A DNA stretch of 32,000 nucleotides from Hyperthermus butylicus DSM 5456 (GTDB lineage: Archaea > Thermoproteota > Thermoprotei_A > Sulfolobales > Pyrodictiaceae). Made by a program: the position numbers and the translations under genes. The notes beneath the pieces were generated by a model that worked only from the letters and a program-made list of their open reading frames with translations, did no database searches and had not been told where the DNA came from. Of the stretch, positions 1 to 10,088 are shown piece by piece. Numbering within the stretch: position 1 is the first letter of the stretch; each line of letters opens with the position of its first letter. The DNA is taken from assembly GCF_000015145.1 (NCBI RefSeq), contig NC_008818.1:90001-122000 (forward strand). The letters are read 5' to 3'.

Positions 1-857
1 GAGGCTCTACGCTCCTCTCCTGCGCCAATACCATACACCCCTCCACTGCAGCCCCCCACGCCTAGGTCTTTAAACCTGGCGAGCACACAGAAAGAAGCCG
101 CCACAACTTGATGATATGAAGCCCCAGCATGCAGCAGCCAATGCAAACAAAGCAGGTTTATGGATTCAACTACATGATGTGTCAAGCCTTGACAGAACTT
201 GTACTACAAAATACCTCATGATTCCCGTGCCAACCCATCTCCACAAAGGCTTGGAAAAGGCCAAGAGACGAACGTTACAATATTAAGGCCTTACTTGCCA
301 CAAGGCTTAGTTGCGGCCTTGACCCAAGCGTTACAGCCCTAGACTGCATCAGGGCTGACGGTGTCTACCTTAAGCAGACAAGAAAGGAACTAGAAAGAAT
401 GATGTAGAACAAGGCGGCAGAGAGGGCTTGGGGATCGGTAGCTTCGGCCGTAAAGGCATACTCCTCATGAAGAGAGGCTTGGAGGCTTGAAAGCCGCAGG
501 GAACCAGGGCTCTGCAATGATGTCCTCGCGGGGGAGCAAGGCTCCTGGGATGAGAAATGTCTCCGCCAGGCGAGCAGCCAACATACATGCTTCTATGGGG
601 GTTCTGCGCCTGGTGAGACGTAGAAGACGTTCTTAAGAAGGCTGAAAGGCTCATACAAGAAACACGCAACAGGATAACCAAGACGGTTGAGGACACATAG
701 TGACTTGTAAAATTGATGCATTACCCTAGGTGCGTGGCTTTCCTCCTGCAAGCTTGCTCATATAGGATACCAATACCCTTTAGACGGCCCTGCTGCCACC
801 CTTCAAGTACCACCCATGGTGTTTGCAGCATGGAGCACCCATGATCTAATGGTGTTG

Positions 858-1334
858 CTAGGCCTCCGCTGTTAGGGGTGAGGCGGGGTCCTCCTTTATT
901 GCGCGAAGGGCGAGGCTTGTAACGGTTCGCTTGACGGCTGGCAGCTTGTTCACGGCCTTGATGAACTTGTCTAGCTCACTTACGCTCCTAAACTTCGCTA
1001 CGACTGCGAGATCGTAGTCGCCGGTGATATCATACACTGCGATAACGTTGGGAGACTTGGCGAGGTATTCTCCAACCTCTACTATGCGTCCCCCTTCAAC
1101 TTGCATTAGTATGAGAACAGTGACAGTATAGCCCAACACATCGTAGTCCGGTAGGACAGTAAACCTCCTTATAACCCCTGCTTTAACAAGCTTACTTAGC
1201 CGCGTGTGAACAGTTGATGCAGCAAGTTTTAATTCCCTTGCGAGCTCGCGTATACTCTGCCGCGCATTCATAGCCAGGAGCTTTACAAGCTTATAGTCAA
1301 CATCATCTATGCTAGCATGGCTCCGCGCAGACAA
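858..1334 (-). CDS. Lrp/AsnC family transcriptional regulator
   Basis: 158 aa ORF with N-terminal HTH (DYKLVKLLAMNARQSIRELARELKLAASTVHTRLSKLVKAGVI) and C-terminal RAM-like domain (YDITGDYDLAVVAKF). Confidence 0.92.
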   Translation of the reverse strand: MSARSHASIDDVDYKLVKLLAMNARQSIRELARELKLAASTVHTRLSKLVKAGVIRRFTVLPDYDVLGYTVTVLILMQVEGGRIVEVGEYLAKSPNVIAVYDITGDYDLAVVAKFRSVSELDKFIKAVNKLPAVKRTVTSLALRAIKEDPASPLTAEA

Positions 1335-1481
1335 TCTGTTCAGCCCCAGGCTGCAGCTGTAAGGGGTGGTGCCCTAGAAAGGTGAATCCCTACCACCTAT
1401 TAATACTTCAATTCTGCCAGTTGCGGGGCGTGGGTAAAGCATACGCCTAGTGGAGAGTAAGAGAGATAATCCCAACGGACT

Positions 1482-1811
1482 ATGTGTATGCAACTACGCG
1501 GCGGGAGGGTTAGTCGAGAGTTGAGTGGCTTGCGCCGCCTAGTCCTCGACGTGCTTAAACCCCTAAAGGACCCGTCAATAGTTGATGTTGCTCTCGAGCT
1601 TGCAAAGGTTCCCGGCGTACAGGGCGTAAACATAACTGTCAACGAGGTTGATGTCGAGACGCTAAGCTTAACAGTCGTTATCGAAGGCGACAATATCGAG
1701 TTCGACGGCATTAGGAGGGTTCTCGAGGAGGTTGGAGCAGCAATACACAGTATCGACCAGGTGGTGGCTGGCGAGAAGTTTGTCGAAATTCCACGCAGAC
1801 CACAAGAATAA
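1482..1811 (+). CDS. DUF211-family small protein
   Basis: ORF contains LRRLVLDVLKPLKDPSIVDVALELAKVPGVQGVNITVNEVDVETLSLTVVIEG, typical of DUF211/MTH889-like proteins; the true start may be slightly downstream of 1482. Confidence 0.85.
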   Translation: MCMQLRGGRVSRELSGLRRLVLDVLKPLKDPSIVDVALELAKVPGVQGVNITVNEVDVETLSLTVVIEGDNIEFDGIRRVLEEVGAAIHSIDQVVAGEKFVEIPRRPQE

Positions 1812-1851
1812 GGCTGTCCTAGATGACTAGGGTAGGCTCGGGTTTTAGGAG

Positions 1852-2220
1852 GTGTGCGGGACCGTGGCCTCCAATCAACCCATGGACAGAGAGAAGGAGT
1901 ACATAACTATAGAGGAGTTTGCCCGCATCGACCTACGTGTTGGCCGGGTTGTAGAGGCTGAGCGTATTCCTGGCACGAGGCTACTCCGCCTCATAGTGGA
2001 TATTGGTACCGAGAAGAGGCAGATAATAGCTGGGCTCGGCGAGTTCTACAACCCCGAGGACTTTATAGGCAAGACAATGGTTATAGTTGCCAACCTCAAG
2101 CCTAAGAGGATACGTGGTTACTTGAGTGAGGGCATGCTACTAGCTGCTGGCTGCGAGAAGGGACAGAAGCCGGTGCCCCTAACAGCTGAGGGAGCTGAGC
2201 CCGGCTGGAAGGTCTGCTAG
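1852..2220 (+). CDS. stand-alone C-terminal tRNA-binding (OB-fold) domain of methionyl-tRNA synthetase type
   Basis: EFARIDLRVGRVVEAERIPGTRLLRLIVDIG...RQIIAGLGEFYNPEDFIGKTMVIVANLKPKRIRGYLSEGMLLAA matches the tRNA_bind/MetG-beta pattern. Confidence 0.9.
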   Translation: MCGTVASNQPMDREKEYITIEEFARIDLRVGRVVEAERIPGTRLLRLIVDIGTEKRQIIAGLGEFYNPEDFIGKTMVIVANLKPKRIRGYLSEGMLLAAGCEKGQKPVPLTAEGAEPGWKVC

Positions 2221-2230
2221 TATAATCTCC

Positions 2231-3373
2231 TTGGAGGGTCTGGCCGCAAAGATGGTTATATGCCTCGTGGGCTATGGCAGAATTGGGAGAATCACTGCAC
2301 GCATACTCGCCGAAAAAGGGTTTCCACCTATAGTCTATGACTCCTCGCGGTACCGCGTAGAGCTGGCCCGTCGCGATGGCTTTGAGTCACATCTAGCCGA
2401 CTCTACGAATCCACACGTCGCCAGCCATATAGCGTCTAGCTGTGAGGCTATACTCACAGCGCTACCCGGCAGGATCGCAGAGCGGGTCATAACACTACTC
2501 GTAGAGTATAAGGCGCCACTGATAGTAGATGTCTCGTTTGTTCGAGATCCCCTAGCATTCCATAGCCGTGCTCTCGAGAATCGCATCAAACTCTTCGTCG
2601 ATGCCGGCTTTGCGCCGGGCCTCTCGAACATGCTGGTAGCACACGGCGCACGAGGCCTTGACAGTGCCGTGGAGGCTATAGTCTACGTTGGTGGCATATC
2701 GGCGGAGGCTGAGAGGGAGCCCTTAGGCCTTGTAGCATCATGGTCTACTATGGACCTGCTTGAGGAGTACAGTAGGCCTGCACGGGCTAAACTAAGGGGA
2801 AGACTCGTAGAGCTAGACCCCATAGACGACGCTGTGGAGGTAGAGCTACCCGGCCTAGGGCGCTTTGACGCCATGCCCACTGATGGACTTAGAACATTAC
2901 TGACATCTTACCCTAGCATTGAAACGCTTGTAGAGTACACGCTACGTTACCCGGGCCACGTAAATGTCTTGAAGACACTCAAGAGGCTAGGCCTGCTCGA
3001 CAACAAACCACATGTGATAGCTGGCTGTTCCGTGGCACCTCGCGAGCTGCTCGCAAGGCTTCTTGAGGAGATACTTCCTAAACAAGATGATCGAATAGTT
3101 TTACATGTAACTGTAAAAGGCATAGCGAATAACAAGCGTGTCGAGAGAGTCTACACAATCGACGTTAAACAGCGAGATCTCGATATAGATTATCCGGTGC
3201 TCGCCTATGCAACAAGCATAGTACATGCGTGGACGGCCATGCAAGCGCTACGCGGCTGGGGGCATCCTGGCGTTAACACGCCAGAGGAGCTCGCTCCCGC
3301 ACTGAGGGATCTAGCCCGCGAACTCTCTTCGCGAGGTATACAACTTAGAAGGAGGGAGTGCATCGAATCCTAG
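2231..3373 (+). CDS. saccharopine dehydrogenase / lysine-ketoglutarate reductase-like NAD(P)-binding protein
   Basis: Rossmann motif VGYGRIGRITARILAEKG plus the long C-terminal domain of the family. An ATG at 2252, directly before VICLVGYGRIG, is an equally plausible start. Confidence 0.8.
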   Translation: MEGLAAKMVICLVGYGRIGRITARILAEKGFPPIVYDSSRYRVELARRDGFESHLADSTNPHVASHIASSCEAILTALPGRIAERVITLLVEYKAPLIVDVSFVRDPLAFHSRALENRIKLFVDAGFAPGLSNMLVAHGARGLDSAVEAIVYVGGISAEAEREPLGLVASWSTMDLLEEYSRPARAKLRGRLVELDPIDDAVEVELPGLGRFDAMPTDGLRTLLTSYPSIETLVEYTLRYPGHVNVLKTLKRLGLLDNKPHVIAGCSVAPRELLARLLEEILPKQDDRIVLHVTVKGIANNKRVERVYTIDVKQRDLDIDYPVLAYATSIVHAWTAMQALRGWGHPGVNTPEELAPALRDLARELSSRGIQLRRRECIES

Positions 3374-3478
3374 CTGGAGGCACCGCACCCCCAAGGGGCG
3401 ATGAAGACTGGTATTACCGGCGACCACGCGGGGATGAACGGGCCCCAACCGCTGCAGAGCCCCGCCACTACACGCAAA

Positions 3479-3544
3479 GGGATGATGACGAGCTGGCGAA
3501 CAGAACCCTCCGGACGGGATGTTGATGGGTGTGGGGTTCTGACC
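3479..3544 (+). ncRNA. candidate box C/D-like small RNA
   Basis: C-like gatgatga (3481-3488), 12 nt, D'-like caga (3501-3504), short CCC/GGG hairpin spacer, C'-like gttgatg (3521-3527), 11 nt, D box ctga (3539-3542); flanking gg/cc. Confidence 0.3.
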
Positions 3545-3634
3545 ACCAAAGAGGATACAGCATATGCGATCACATGACATAATACTCTCTGCAATCTCTT
3601 CGGTAAGCATATTTAGGTACTTTCACAGCTCTCC

Positions 3635-4408
3635 TTGAAGGCCTATCTGAAGAGGCTGTTGAGTTTGGAGACCGCTGTACGGGCTGAAAACCTTCACAAG
3701 GTCTACCCAGGTGGAGTTCACGCGCTAAGAGGCCTCTCCTTCACGGTATTCGATGGCGAAATATACGGGCTAGTTGGGCCTAACGGCTCGGGGAAGACAA
3801 CTACACTACGCATACTTGCCACGCTTTTACGTCCAACCTCGGGGAAAGTGCTAATCTACAACATAGACGTACTCTCGGAGCCAGCGAAGGTGAGAAGCCT
3901 CATAGCATACCTCCCAGAGGATGCAGGAGTTTACCGAAGGCTAAAAGGTATCGAGATTATAGAACTCTTTGCGAAGACCCGGTTCAAGAGTAGCCGCGAC
4001 CGTGAAGCCTTCATAGACGAGGCTGCTCGGCTCTCTGGGCTTAGCTGGGAGGAACTTGAGAGGCCTGCTGGAGGCTATAGTAAGGGCATGAAGCGTCGTC
4101 TCTTGCTCGCAATAACTCTTGCATTAAGGCCTCGACTACTGATACTTGACGAGCCTACATCTGGTCTCGACGTGATGCAGAGTATGCGCATGAGGAGGAT
4201 GATACTACGCTACAACCGAGAACACAACATCACAGTATTACTGAGCAGCCATAACATGCTTGAGGTTGAGTTTCTCTGCAACCGCGTGGGCATAATTTAC
4301 GGCGGCAGGCTACTCGCCGAGGGCTCTCCAAGGGAGCTGAAGGAGAAGTTCTCGGCAGAGAACCTCGAGCAAGTATTCGAGAAGATTACGGGAGGTGTTA
4401 ACGCATGA
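3635..4408 (+). CDS. ABC transporter ATP-binding protein (ABC-2 type exporter)
   Basis: Walker A GPNGSGKTT, signature-like YSKGMKRRL, Walker B LLILDEPTSGLD and the H-loop region (SSHNM). TTG start. Confidence 0.95.
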   Translation: MKAYLKRLLSLETAVRAENLHKVYPGGVHALRGLSFTVFDGEIYGLVGPNGSGKTTTLRILATLLRPTSGKVLIYNIDVLSEPAKVRSLIAYLPEDAGVYRRLKGIEIIELFAKTRFKSSRDREAFIDEAARLSGLSWEELERPAGGYSKGMKRRLLLAITLALRPRLLILDEPTSGLDVMQSMRMRRMILRYNREHNITVLLSSHNMLEVEFLCNRVGIIYGGRLLAEGSPRELKEKFSAENLEQVFEKITGGVNA

Positions 4409-5637
4409 TCGGCGTGCTTGCTGTTAAGGAGATAAAAAGTATTCTGAGGGATAGAGCGTTTATAGCCAGCCTAATAATAGCCCCTATGCTAATAATTATG
4501 CTCGGCCAGTTCACGACACAAGCAATAGAAGAGGCCGCCAAGACGAGAACTGAAGCACTCACAAAGACCCACATAGCCGTTGTTGGACTAGACAAGGGTG
4601 ACCTCTGGCGCGAGATTATCAGCGAGCTAACCAGGACTACGAATATACACATGGATATCGTTGAGGGTGACCCAATCAGGCTGATGGAGAGCTATGACAT
4701 TGTCATAGTGTTCCCGGAAGAGTTCAGCAGGAACATATCCTCCGGATACCCAGCCACCGTGCATGTATATGGCTCGGTAGCCCCCACATCAATCGCAGAA
4801 CTCGCCTCACATCCTGCCTTGGTACTGGCATCACTGATATCTGAAACTGCTAGCAGAATTATCGCCAACAGGCTAGGTGTAACACCTACCTTTATAGGCT
4901 CGCCGGTGAAAACGGGTATATACATAGAACTGCCGAGAATAGGGCTTGTTGACGAACAAGAGCTGCAAGCACTCTATAACACAATAACGATGATGATATA
5001 TGTCCCCCTCTTCGCTTTGATAATGGTTGCCCAGGTTTCGGCAACAAGCATGGCCTATGAAAGGGCCGAGAAGACTCTCGAGCTACTACTTTCCCAGCCA
5101 ATTAGTAGGAGTTCTATCGTATGGGCAAAAATTGTCGGCTCATTTGCCATAGGGTTGCTAGAGGCTGCTGTGTTCTCAGCTGCAATGCTCTACTACTCTG
5201 AGGCTGTTGCACCAGGTGCTGGGTTTAAGGCTGTATTTGCTGACCCCAGCCTCCTAGTCCTATTCGCTGCTGGTCTCCTGGTAGCATCGCTGCTAATAGC
5301 CACAGTTGCAATGCTTATTGGCAGCCTTGCAGAGGATGTGAGAGCTGCACAGTCAACTATAGGCGTTATTGTAGCACCTCTCTTCGTGATGGCGATATCT
5401 ATCATGTTTATAGGCTTGCCACCCGGCGCCAAGGCATATGCTGTGGCAGCCATACCGGCCTCAGCGCCCATGGTGGCGCTATACTCTGGCCTCAAAGCAT
5501 CGTATAGTATTGCTCTGGCATCTCTGGCATTCAACACTGTCTATACTGTCGCAGCAGTATATGCTATGTCGCGATTGGTATCGAGTGAGCGCATACTAAT
5601 AGGGTTCGGGCTAAAGTTGAGACGCCTGGGGCGGTGA
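4405..5637 (+). CDS. ABC-2 type transporter permease
   Basis: Overlaps the ATPase by 4 nt. N-terminal KEIKSILRDRAFIASLIIAPMLIIM, large extracellular loop, then several hydrophobic segments (SYERAEKTLELLLSQPISRSSIVWAKI appears as SMAYERAEKTLELLLSQPISRSSIVWAKI). Confidence 0.92.
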   Translation: MIGVLAVKEIKSILRDRAFIASLIIAPMLIIMLGQFTTQAIEEAAKTRTEALTKTHIAVVGLDKGDLWREIISELTRTTNIHMDIVEGDPIRLMESYDIVIVFPEEFSRNISSGYPATVHVYGSVAPTSIAELASHPALVLASLISETASRIIANRLGVTPTFIGSPVKTGIYIELPRIGLVDEQELQALYNTITMMIYVPLFALIMVAQVSATSMAYERAEKTLELLLSQPISRSSIVWAKIVGSFAIGLLEAAVFSAAMLYYSEAVAPGAGFKAVFADPSLLVLFAAGLLVASLLIATVAMLIGSLAEDVRAAQSTIGVIVAPLFVMAISIMFIGLPPGAKAYAVAAIPASAPMVALYSGLKASYSIALASLAFNTVYTVAAVYAMSRLVSSERILIGFGLKLRRLGR

Positions 5638-5695
5638 GGAAGGATTATCGGGCCGAGTGGTGTGGAAGGTACCCTCAGGCTGAGCCCCTACAATA

Positions 5696-6022
5696 GTGAG
5701 GTGCTGGGGTTTGAGTAAAGAGTATCGGGGCAGGAGGATTGTGCTCTGGCCAGCAAATATTGACTCTACGCTTTCTAGGTCTGAGGGCAGGAAGATACCA
5801 TTGAGAGATGCTGTTAGGAAGCCAAGGGTTGAGGAAATAGTTGAGGCTGCCAATAGGCTGGGCCTAAACCCAACAGTTGAGGAGGCAGCTTATCCCCGTA
5901 GCTGGTGGGAGCAGCGTAAAAGAGTGGTTGTGGATAAGGTTGGCTCCAAGCTTAACACTTTACGTATGATAGCTCAAGAGGTAAAGAAGCTTAGGGAGGA
6001 GAGGAGGAGGCTAGGTAAGTAG
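5696..6022 (+). CDS. srp19: signal recognition particle 19 kDa protein
   Basis: RRIVLWPANIDSTLSRSEGRKIPLRDAVRKPRVEEIVEAANRLGLNPTVEEAAYPRSWWEQRKRVVVDK is a clear SRP19 pattern. A TTG at 5711 is a likely alternative start. Confidence 0.9.
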   Translation: MRCWGLSKEYRGRRIVLWPANIDSTLSRSEGRKIPLRDAVRKPRVEEIVEAANRLGLNPTVEEAAYPRSWWEQRKRVVVDKVGSKLNTLRMIAQEVKKLREERRRLGK

Positions 6023-7265
6023 AGGCGTATTCTATAGCGTTAACTGTTTCAGGTTTCTCGCCAGTAAACTCGCCATCAAGGTAGACAAGCGTGCCTCCCA
6101 CGATTACTGCCTTCAGTGCAGCACATACCTCGATAATGTTCTCTATTGGGTTTTCACCCTTGCTGTAGATTCTTGCTGGCCGGTGCCAACGCTCGAGCTT
6201 GATGACCACTATGTTCGCCCTCATGCCCGGCTGCAGGGAGCCGTAGACGGAGTCTATGCCGAGTATCCTTGCAGGATTTAGAGATGTCAAACGCGCGTAA
6301 TCCTGGAGACTTAGAGTGCCAGAGGCTACAAGACAAGCCGCAAGTAGAGGCCATGAGTCGAGCCATGCAAAGCCCGGGCTACAGGATAGGGGGTCTATCC
6401 TCTCCCGCAGCAAGTGGGGTGCATGATCGCTCGCCAACGCGTCCACCATGCCTTCTGCTAGGAGTTTGAGCATGGATAGGCGCTCAGCCTTGCTGCGCAG
6501 GGGTGGGTTAACCCTCCATCCACAATCGCTGCCTCGGAGGCTGTAGAAGAGGTGGTGCGGCGTAGCATCAACTGTTGCACCCACCTTCTTGGCTGCTAGC
6601 ACAGTGCTGGGGCAGCTAGCATGGGTTACATGGAGCCTCGCCGGACCAAGATCTAGTACCTCCATGAGCCCAGCGAGTTCGGCCCAGCAGCCCCTCATAG
6701 CAGCCCTCGTATCCTCGGCTTCTACTATGCTCTTCAACGCCACGGGGTGCTCTGCGTGAAGGATTAGTAGCTTGTGTAGCCTAGCTATCCTTCGTAGTGT
6801 GCCTCTCCTCTCCTCCAGGTCTTCGGGATAAACCTTGAACCCTGCAATAGGCAGCTCTGCGAGCCCCCGCGCCTCTTCGGGCTCGTCAGGTACCCCGGCG
6901 TAGACAGCATAGTCTACGAGGCTCATCCTCCTTAGCGCGGCAAGCTTAGCATCAATAGCACTCTTCGACCTTAGTGGCGGCATGGTATTCGGCATGTCTG
7001 CCACGAGCGTTATGCCCGAGGCTGCGGCTGCACGTGTACTAGTAGCCTCGTCCTCCTTGTAGGATAGCTTGAGCCCCCTTAGGTGAACGTGGAGGTCTAT
7101 CATGCCGGGCAGTACTATGCCGCCCATATCTCGGTAGTCGAGCCTCTCCGGCGCCCTGGGCTCACTTGTTACCGAAGCTATCCTGTCTCCCTCAATGTTG
7201 ATGCAACCACTCCCGTAGACGCCATAGCCATCTACGAGGTGGCCGCAGATGGCTAGTTCTGGCAC
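5991..7265 (-). CDS. pyrC: dihydroorotase
   Basis: GIVLPGMIDLHVHLRG, LILHAEHP, LHVTHAS, DALASDHAPH; member of the pyr operon. Confidence 0.95.
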   Translation of the reverse strand: MPELAICGHLVDGYGVYGSGCINIEGDRIASVTSEPRAPERLDYRDMGGIVLPGMIDLHVHLRGLKLSYKEDEATSTRAAAASGITLVADMPNTMPPLRSKSAIDAKLAALRRMSLVDYAVYAGVPDEPEEARGLAELPIAGFKVYPEDLEERRGTLRRIARLHKLLILHAEHPVALKSIVEAEDTRAAMRGCWAELAGLMEVLDLGPARLHVTHASCPSTVLAAKKVGATVDATPHHLFYSLRGSDCGWRVNPPLRSKAERLSMLKLLAEGMVDALASDHAPHLLRERIDPLSCSPGFAWLDSWPLLAACLVASGTLSLQDYARLTSLNPARILGIDSVYGSLQPGMRANIVVIKLERWHRPARIYSKGENPIENIIEVCAALKAVIVGGTLVYLDGEFTGEKPETVNAIEYASTYLASSSPP

Positions 7266-8026
7266 TCCCTCACCACCCAGCAGCCAAGCCTAACAGCCGG
7301 AACTACGGGACCGTCACGGCAGAGCAGCATGCCTGTGCAGGGTATGGTGCAGCTCCCACAGAAGCCGAGGCCACATCTAACCATTGTCTCTATGCTGAGG
7401 GCAAGCCGTTCCAGCTGCCCAGCCTCAGCGGCCTCGCTGTAAGCCCTGCACAGTAGGGGTTTTGGGCCAGCAACAACCGTGTATACATCGCCTACACGGA
7501 GCCCGCTGGCGTGAAGTGCGTCAAGCACTGTTCCCCGGAGTCCTCGGCTACCATCATCCGTCGCGTAGATGACCCTGGCACCGCCTAGGAACTCCTCGAC
7601 GGGTGCTAGCTCGCCGGCACTACGGGCACCATAGAAAACTGTAACCCTTACACCTGACTGCGCTGCCTCCCTCGCAGCCATAGCCACAGCTGCCACGCCA
7701 ACGCCACCGGCTAGGAACACCATCTCGTCCCCGCGGTAGGTGAACCGCCTACCCAGAACAGCTATGACGCCAGCATGGCGCGGAGGCGACGAGACGAGCC
7801 TGGCAGTAGTCGGGCCCCGCTCAACTACTAGCAGAACCAATCTACTAGCATCACTGTAGAGGGGTGTCAACGGTATGGCCTCTGAGCCTGGAACCCAGAA
7901 CAGTATAAACTGTCCCGGCGAGAGAGACGGGGCACTGTCTAGGTAGCGATACTCTAGCATAACCTGACGCGGACCTCGCCATAGTATGCGCACAAGCTCA
8001 ACGCTATGGTAGCTGTAGCGTTGCAC
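7253..8026 (-). CDS. pyrK: dihydroorotate dehydrogenase electron transfer subunit-like (FAD/2Fe-2S)
   Basis: Flavin reductase fold (PGQFILFWVPG, GGVGVAAVAMAARE) and C-terminal 2Fe-2S motif CGLGFCGSCTIPCTGMLLCRDGPVV; operon context. Confidence 0.88.
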   Translation of the reverse strand: MQRYSYHSVELVRILWRGPRQVMLEYRYLDSAPSLSPGQFILFWVPGSEAIPLTPLYSDASRLVLLVVERGPTTARLVSSPPRHAGVIAVLGRRFTYRGDEMVFLAGGVGVAAVAMAAREAAQSGVRVTVFYGARSAGELAPVEEFLGGARVIYATDDGSRGLRGTVLDALHASGLRVGDVYTVVAGPKPLLCRAYSEAAEAGQLERLALSIETMVRCGLGFCGSCTIPCTGMLLCRDGPVVPAVRLGCWVVRECQN

Positions 8027-8028
8027 AC

Positions 8029-8511
8029 CTAGCCTCCCTCAGCTAATTGCTCGGCCACATCCTCCTCCGATACGAGGGTACCACAATAGACGCACTGGAG
8101 CACCAGTGGCTGCCTCGACACTACACGGAATCTCGGCTTCACCGGCTCCCTCCCAACCCTCGTTATGCAGGACGGATTGGGGCACATCAGTATACCCTCA
8201 ACAATGTCTGGCACTGTGACACGACGCTTCGCCACGACACGGTAGTCATGGATAATGTTTATTGTAGCCCTCGGAGCTACCAATGCTATCTTATCCACCT
8301 CCTCGGGGCTAAGGTGGCGACCCTCAATCTTCACGATATCTTTCCGGCCAAGCTTCCGACTCTCAACATTCATCACAACAGCTATCCTAGCTCCCTCGCG
8401 CCCAGTTATGCCCAGTATCTTTAACACAGTCAAAGCCCTACCTGCAGGTATATGGTCTATCACGGTTCCCTCACGTATCCTCCTAACCAGGAGGCCTGAC
8501 CCGCTCTCCAA
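8029..8511 (-). CDS. pyrI: aspartate carbamoyltransferase regulatory subunit
   Basis: [28 protein letters not shown] and zinc-binding CPNPSCITR...LQCVYC. Confidence 0.96.
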   Translation of the reverse strand: MESGSGLLVRRIREGTVIDHIPAGRALTVLKILGITGREGARIAVVMNVESRKLGRKDIVKIEGRHLSPEEVDKIALVAPRATINIIHDYRVVAKRRVTVPDIVEGILMCPNPSCITRVGREPVKPRFRVVSRQPLVLQCVYCGTLVSEEDVAEQLAEGG

Positions 8512-8515
8512 CCGG

Positions 8516-9484
8516 CTACACCTCCCGGCCAGCTATGAGAGCTAGGAGCGCCATACGGACTGGCACACCGTTACGGGCTTGTTCAAAGTAGGCAGCGTAT
8601 GGGGTCCCGTCTACCTCCGGCGCTATCTCATCAACTCTTGGCAACGGGTGAAGGATACGCAGCTCCCTCCTAGCATGCTGTTCTAGCAGCTCCAGTGTAA
8701 CGCGGTAGCTCCCCCGGACCTTCTCGTACTCGCGTTGATCCGGAAACCTCTCCCGCTGGATACGCGTCACGTAGAGGACGTCTAGCTCGCCTAGAACTTC
8801 CTCGAGGCTCTCAACCTCCCTATACCTCATCCCTCTCTCGTCAAGTACCATGCGTACCTCGGGCCTCACTCTCAACAGAGGCGGCGAAATAAGGTAAATC
8901 ATTCTAGGCCGATAGATTGTCAGGGCCAATATGAAGCTCGAGGCGGCCCTCCCGTAGCGGAGATCGCCGAGAACCCCATAGGTGAGCCCGTCTATTGTAC
9001 CGAAAAGCTTCCTGACCGTGTAGAGGTCGAGCATTGCCTGCGTTGGGTGATGTTGTTTACCATCGCCAGCATTTATCACCGGGTGTTCTGCTATTTCGGC
9101 AGCATAGAGTGCTGCTCCCTCGTAGCGGTGCCTTAACACTATCATATCCGCATAGGAGTCGAGCATACGTATAGTATCGGCTAGTGTTTCTCCCTTGGCT
9201 ATACTGATAGCCTCTTCGCTCGTAAACCCTATAGTGTCTGCCCCTAGCCTCTTCGCGGCTGTTTCAAAGCTCAGCCTGGTCCTCGTGGAGGGCTCAAAGA
9301 AGGCTAAGGCGACAATATAACCTTCTAGGAGTGGTATGCGCCCCCTCTCCCTGAGCAGGGAGGAGAACTTGTCAGCGACCTCGAAGAGCTGCTCAAGGCT
9401 ATCCCGGTCAAAATCTAGGATGCTAATTACATCCCGGCCCTTCCAGCCCGAGCCAGAGCCCAAAAGCCCTCTACAAGCTTTCAC
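8516..9484 (-). CDS. pyrB: aspartate carbamoyltransferase catalytic subunit
   Basis: [45 protein letters not shown]. The true start may be a few codons downstream. Confidence 0.97.
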
Positions 9485-10088
9485 CGTATAGAAGGTTTAT
9501 AAGCCTCGTGGCCTCAGCTGGGTCAAGATATCCTTTGACAACCATTGCATGGATTATCTCACGTAGAGTTGCGAGACTGTAGAGCTTAACACCGTAATCT
9601 GCGAGTCTCTCAACAGCACCCTGCTCACGGTCTACAATAACCATGGCTGCTACTGGCTCAGCACCAGCCTCCCTGAGAGACTCCACGGCCGATGCGAGGC
9701 TAGATCCCGTGGTAGCAACATCGTCTACGACTAGTACACGACGCCCTTCAACAATCCCCTCCACAACCCTCTGTAGGCCATGCTCCTTCCTCTTGGGTCG
9801 GACATATGCTAAAGGTTTCTCGGAGAGGAGCGCGAGCCCCGTAGCCCAGATAATGCCTGCCGTTGCCACACCAACAACAACATCAACCTCCCTGACATCG
9901 TTAAGCTTTTCGGCAAGCATGCCTAGTACACGGCGGAACAGTTGTGGCTTCGAAGGCACAATTCTCATATCGATGTAGATAGGGCTTGTGGAGCCGCTGG
10001 AGAGTCTAAACTCTCCAAACCTTATCGCACCAGCCTCGACAAGCACATCAGCTAGATCTAGTGCATAGCTGTTCACGGCTTCCAGCAC
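9471..10088 (-). CDS. pyrE: orotate phosphoribosyltransferase
   Basis: [20 protein letters not shown] and PRPP-binding [16 protein letters not shown]. Confidence 0.96.

Noticed and set aside
370-696. 108-aa minus-strand ORF
   Set aside because: Low-complexity, Ser/Pro/Arg-rich translation with no domain; looks like an open frame by chance in GC-rich DNA.
3374-3560. RNase P or SRP RNA in the structured gap
   Set aside because: Contains acagaaccc, reminiscent of RNase P CR-V, but lacks the expected GAGGAAAGUCC-type CR-I and the length; no SRP helix 8 motif seen.
3311-3610. Minus-strand ORFs in the 3374-3634 gap
   Set aside because: Composition not protein-like and both overlap the non-coding structured block; no motifs.
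8047-8545. Plus-strand ORFs antisense to pyrI
   Set aside because: Fully antisense to a confidently identified gene; no family signature.
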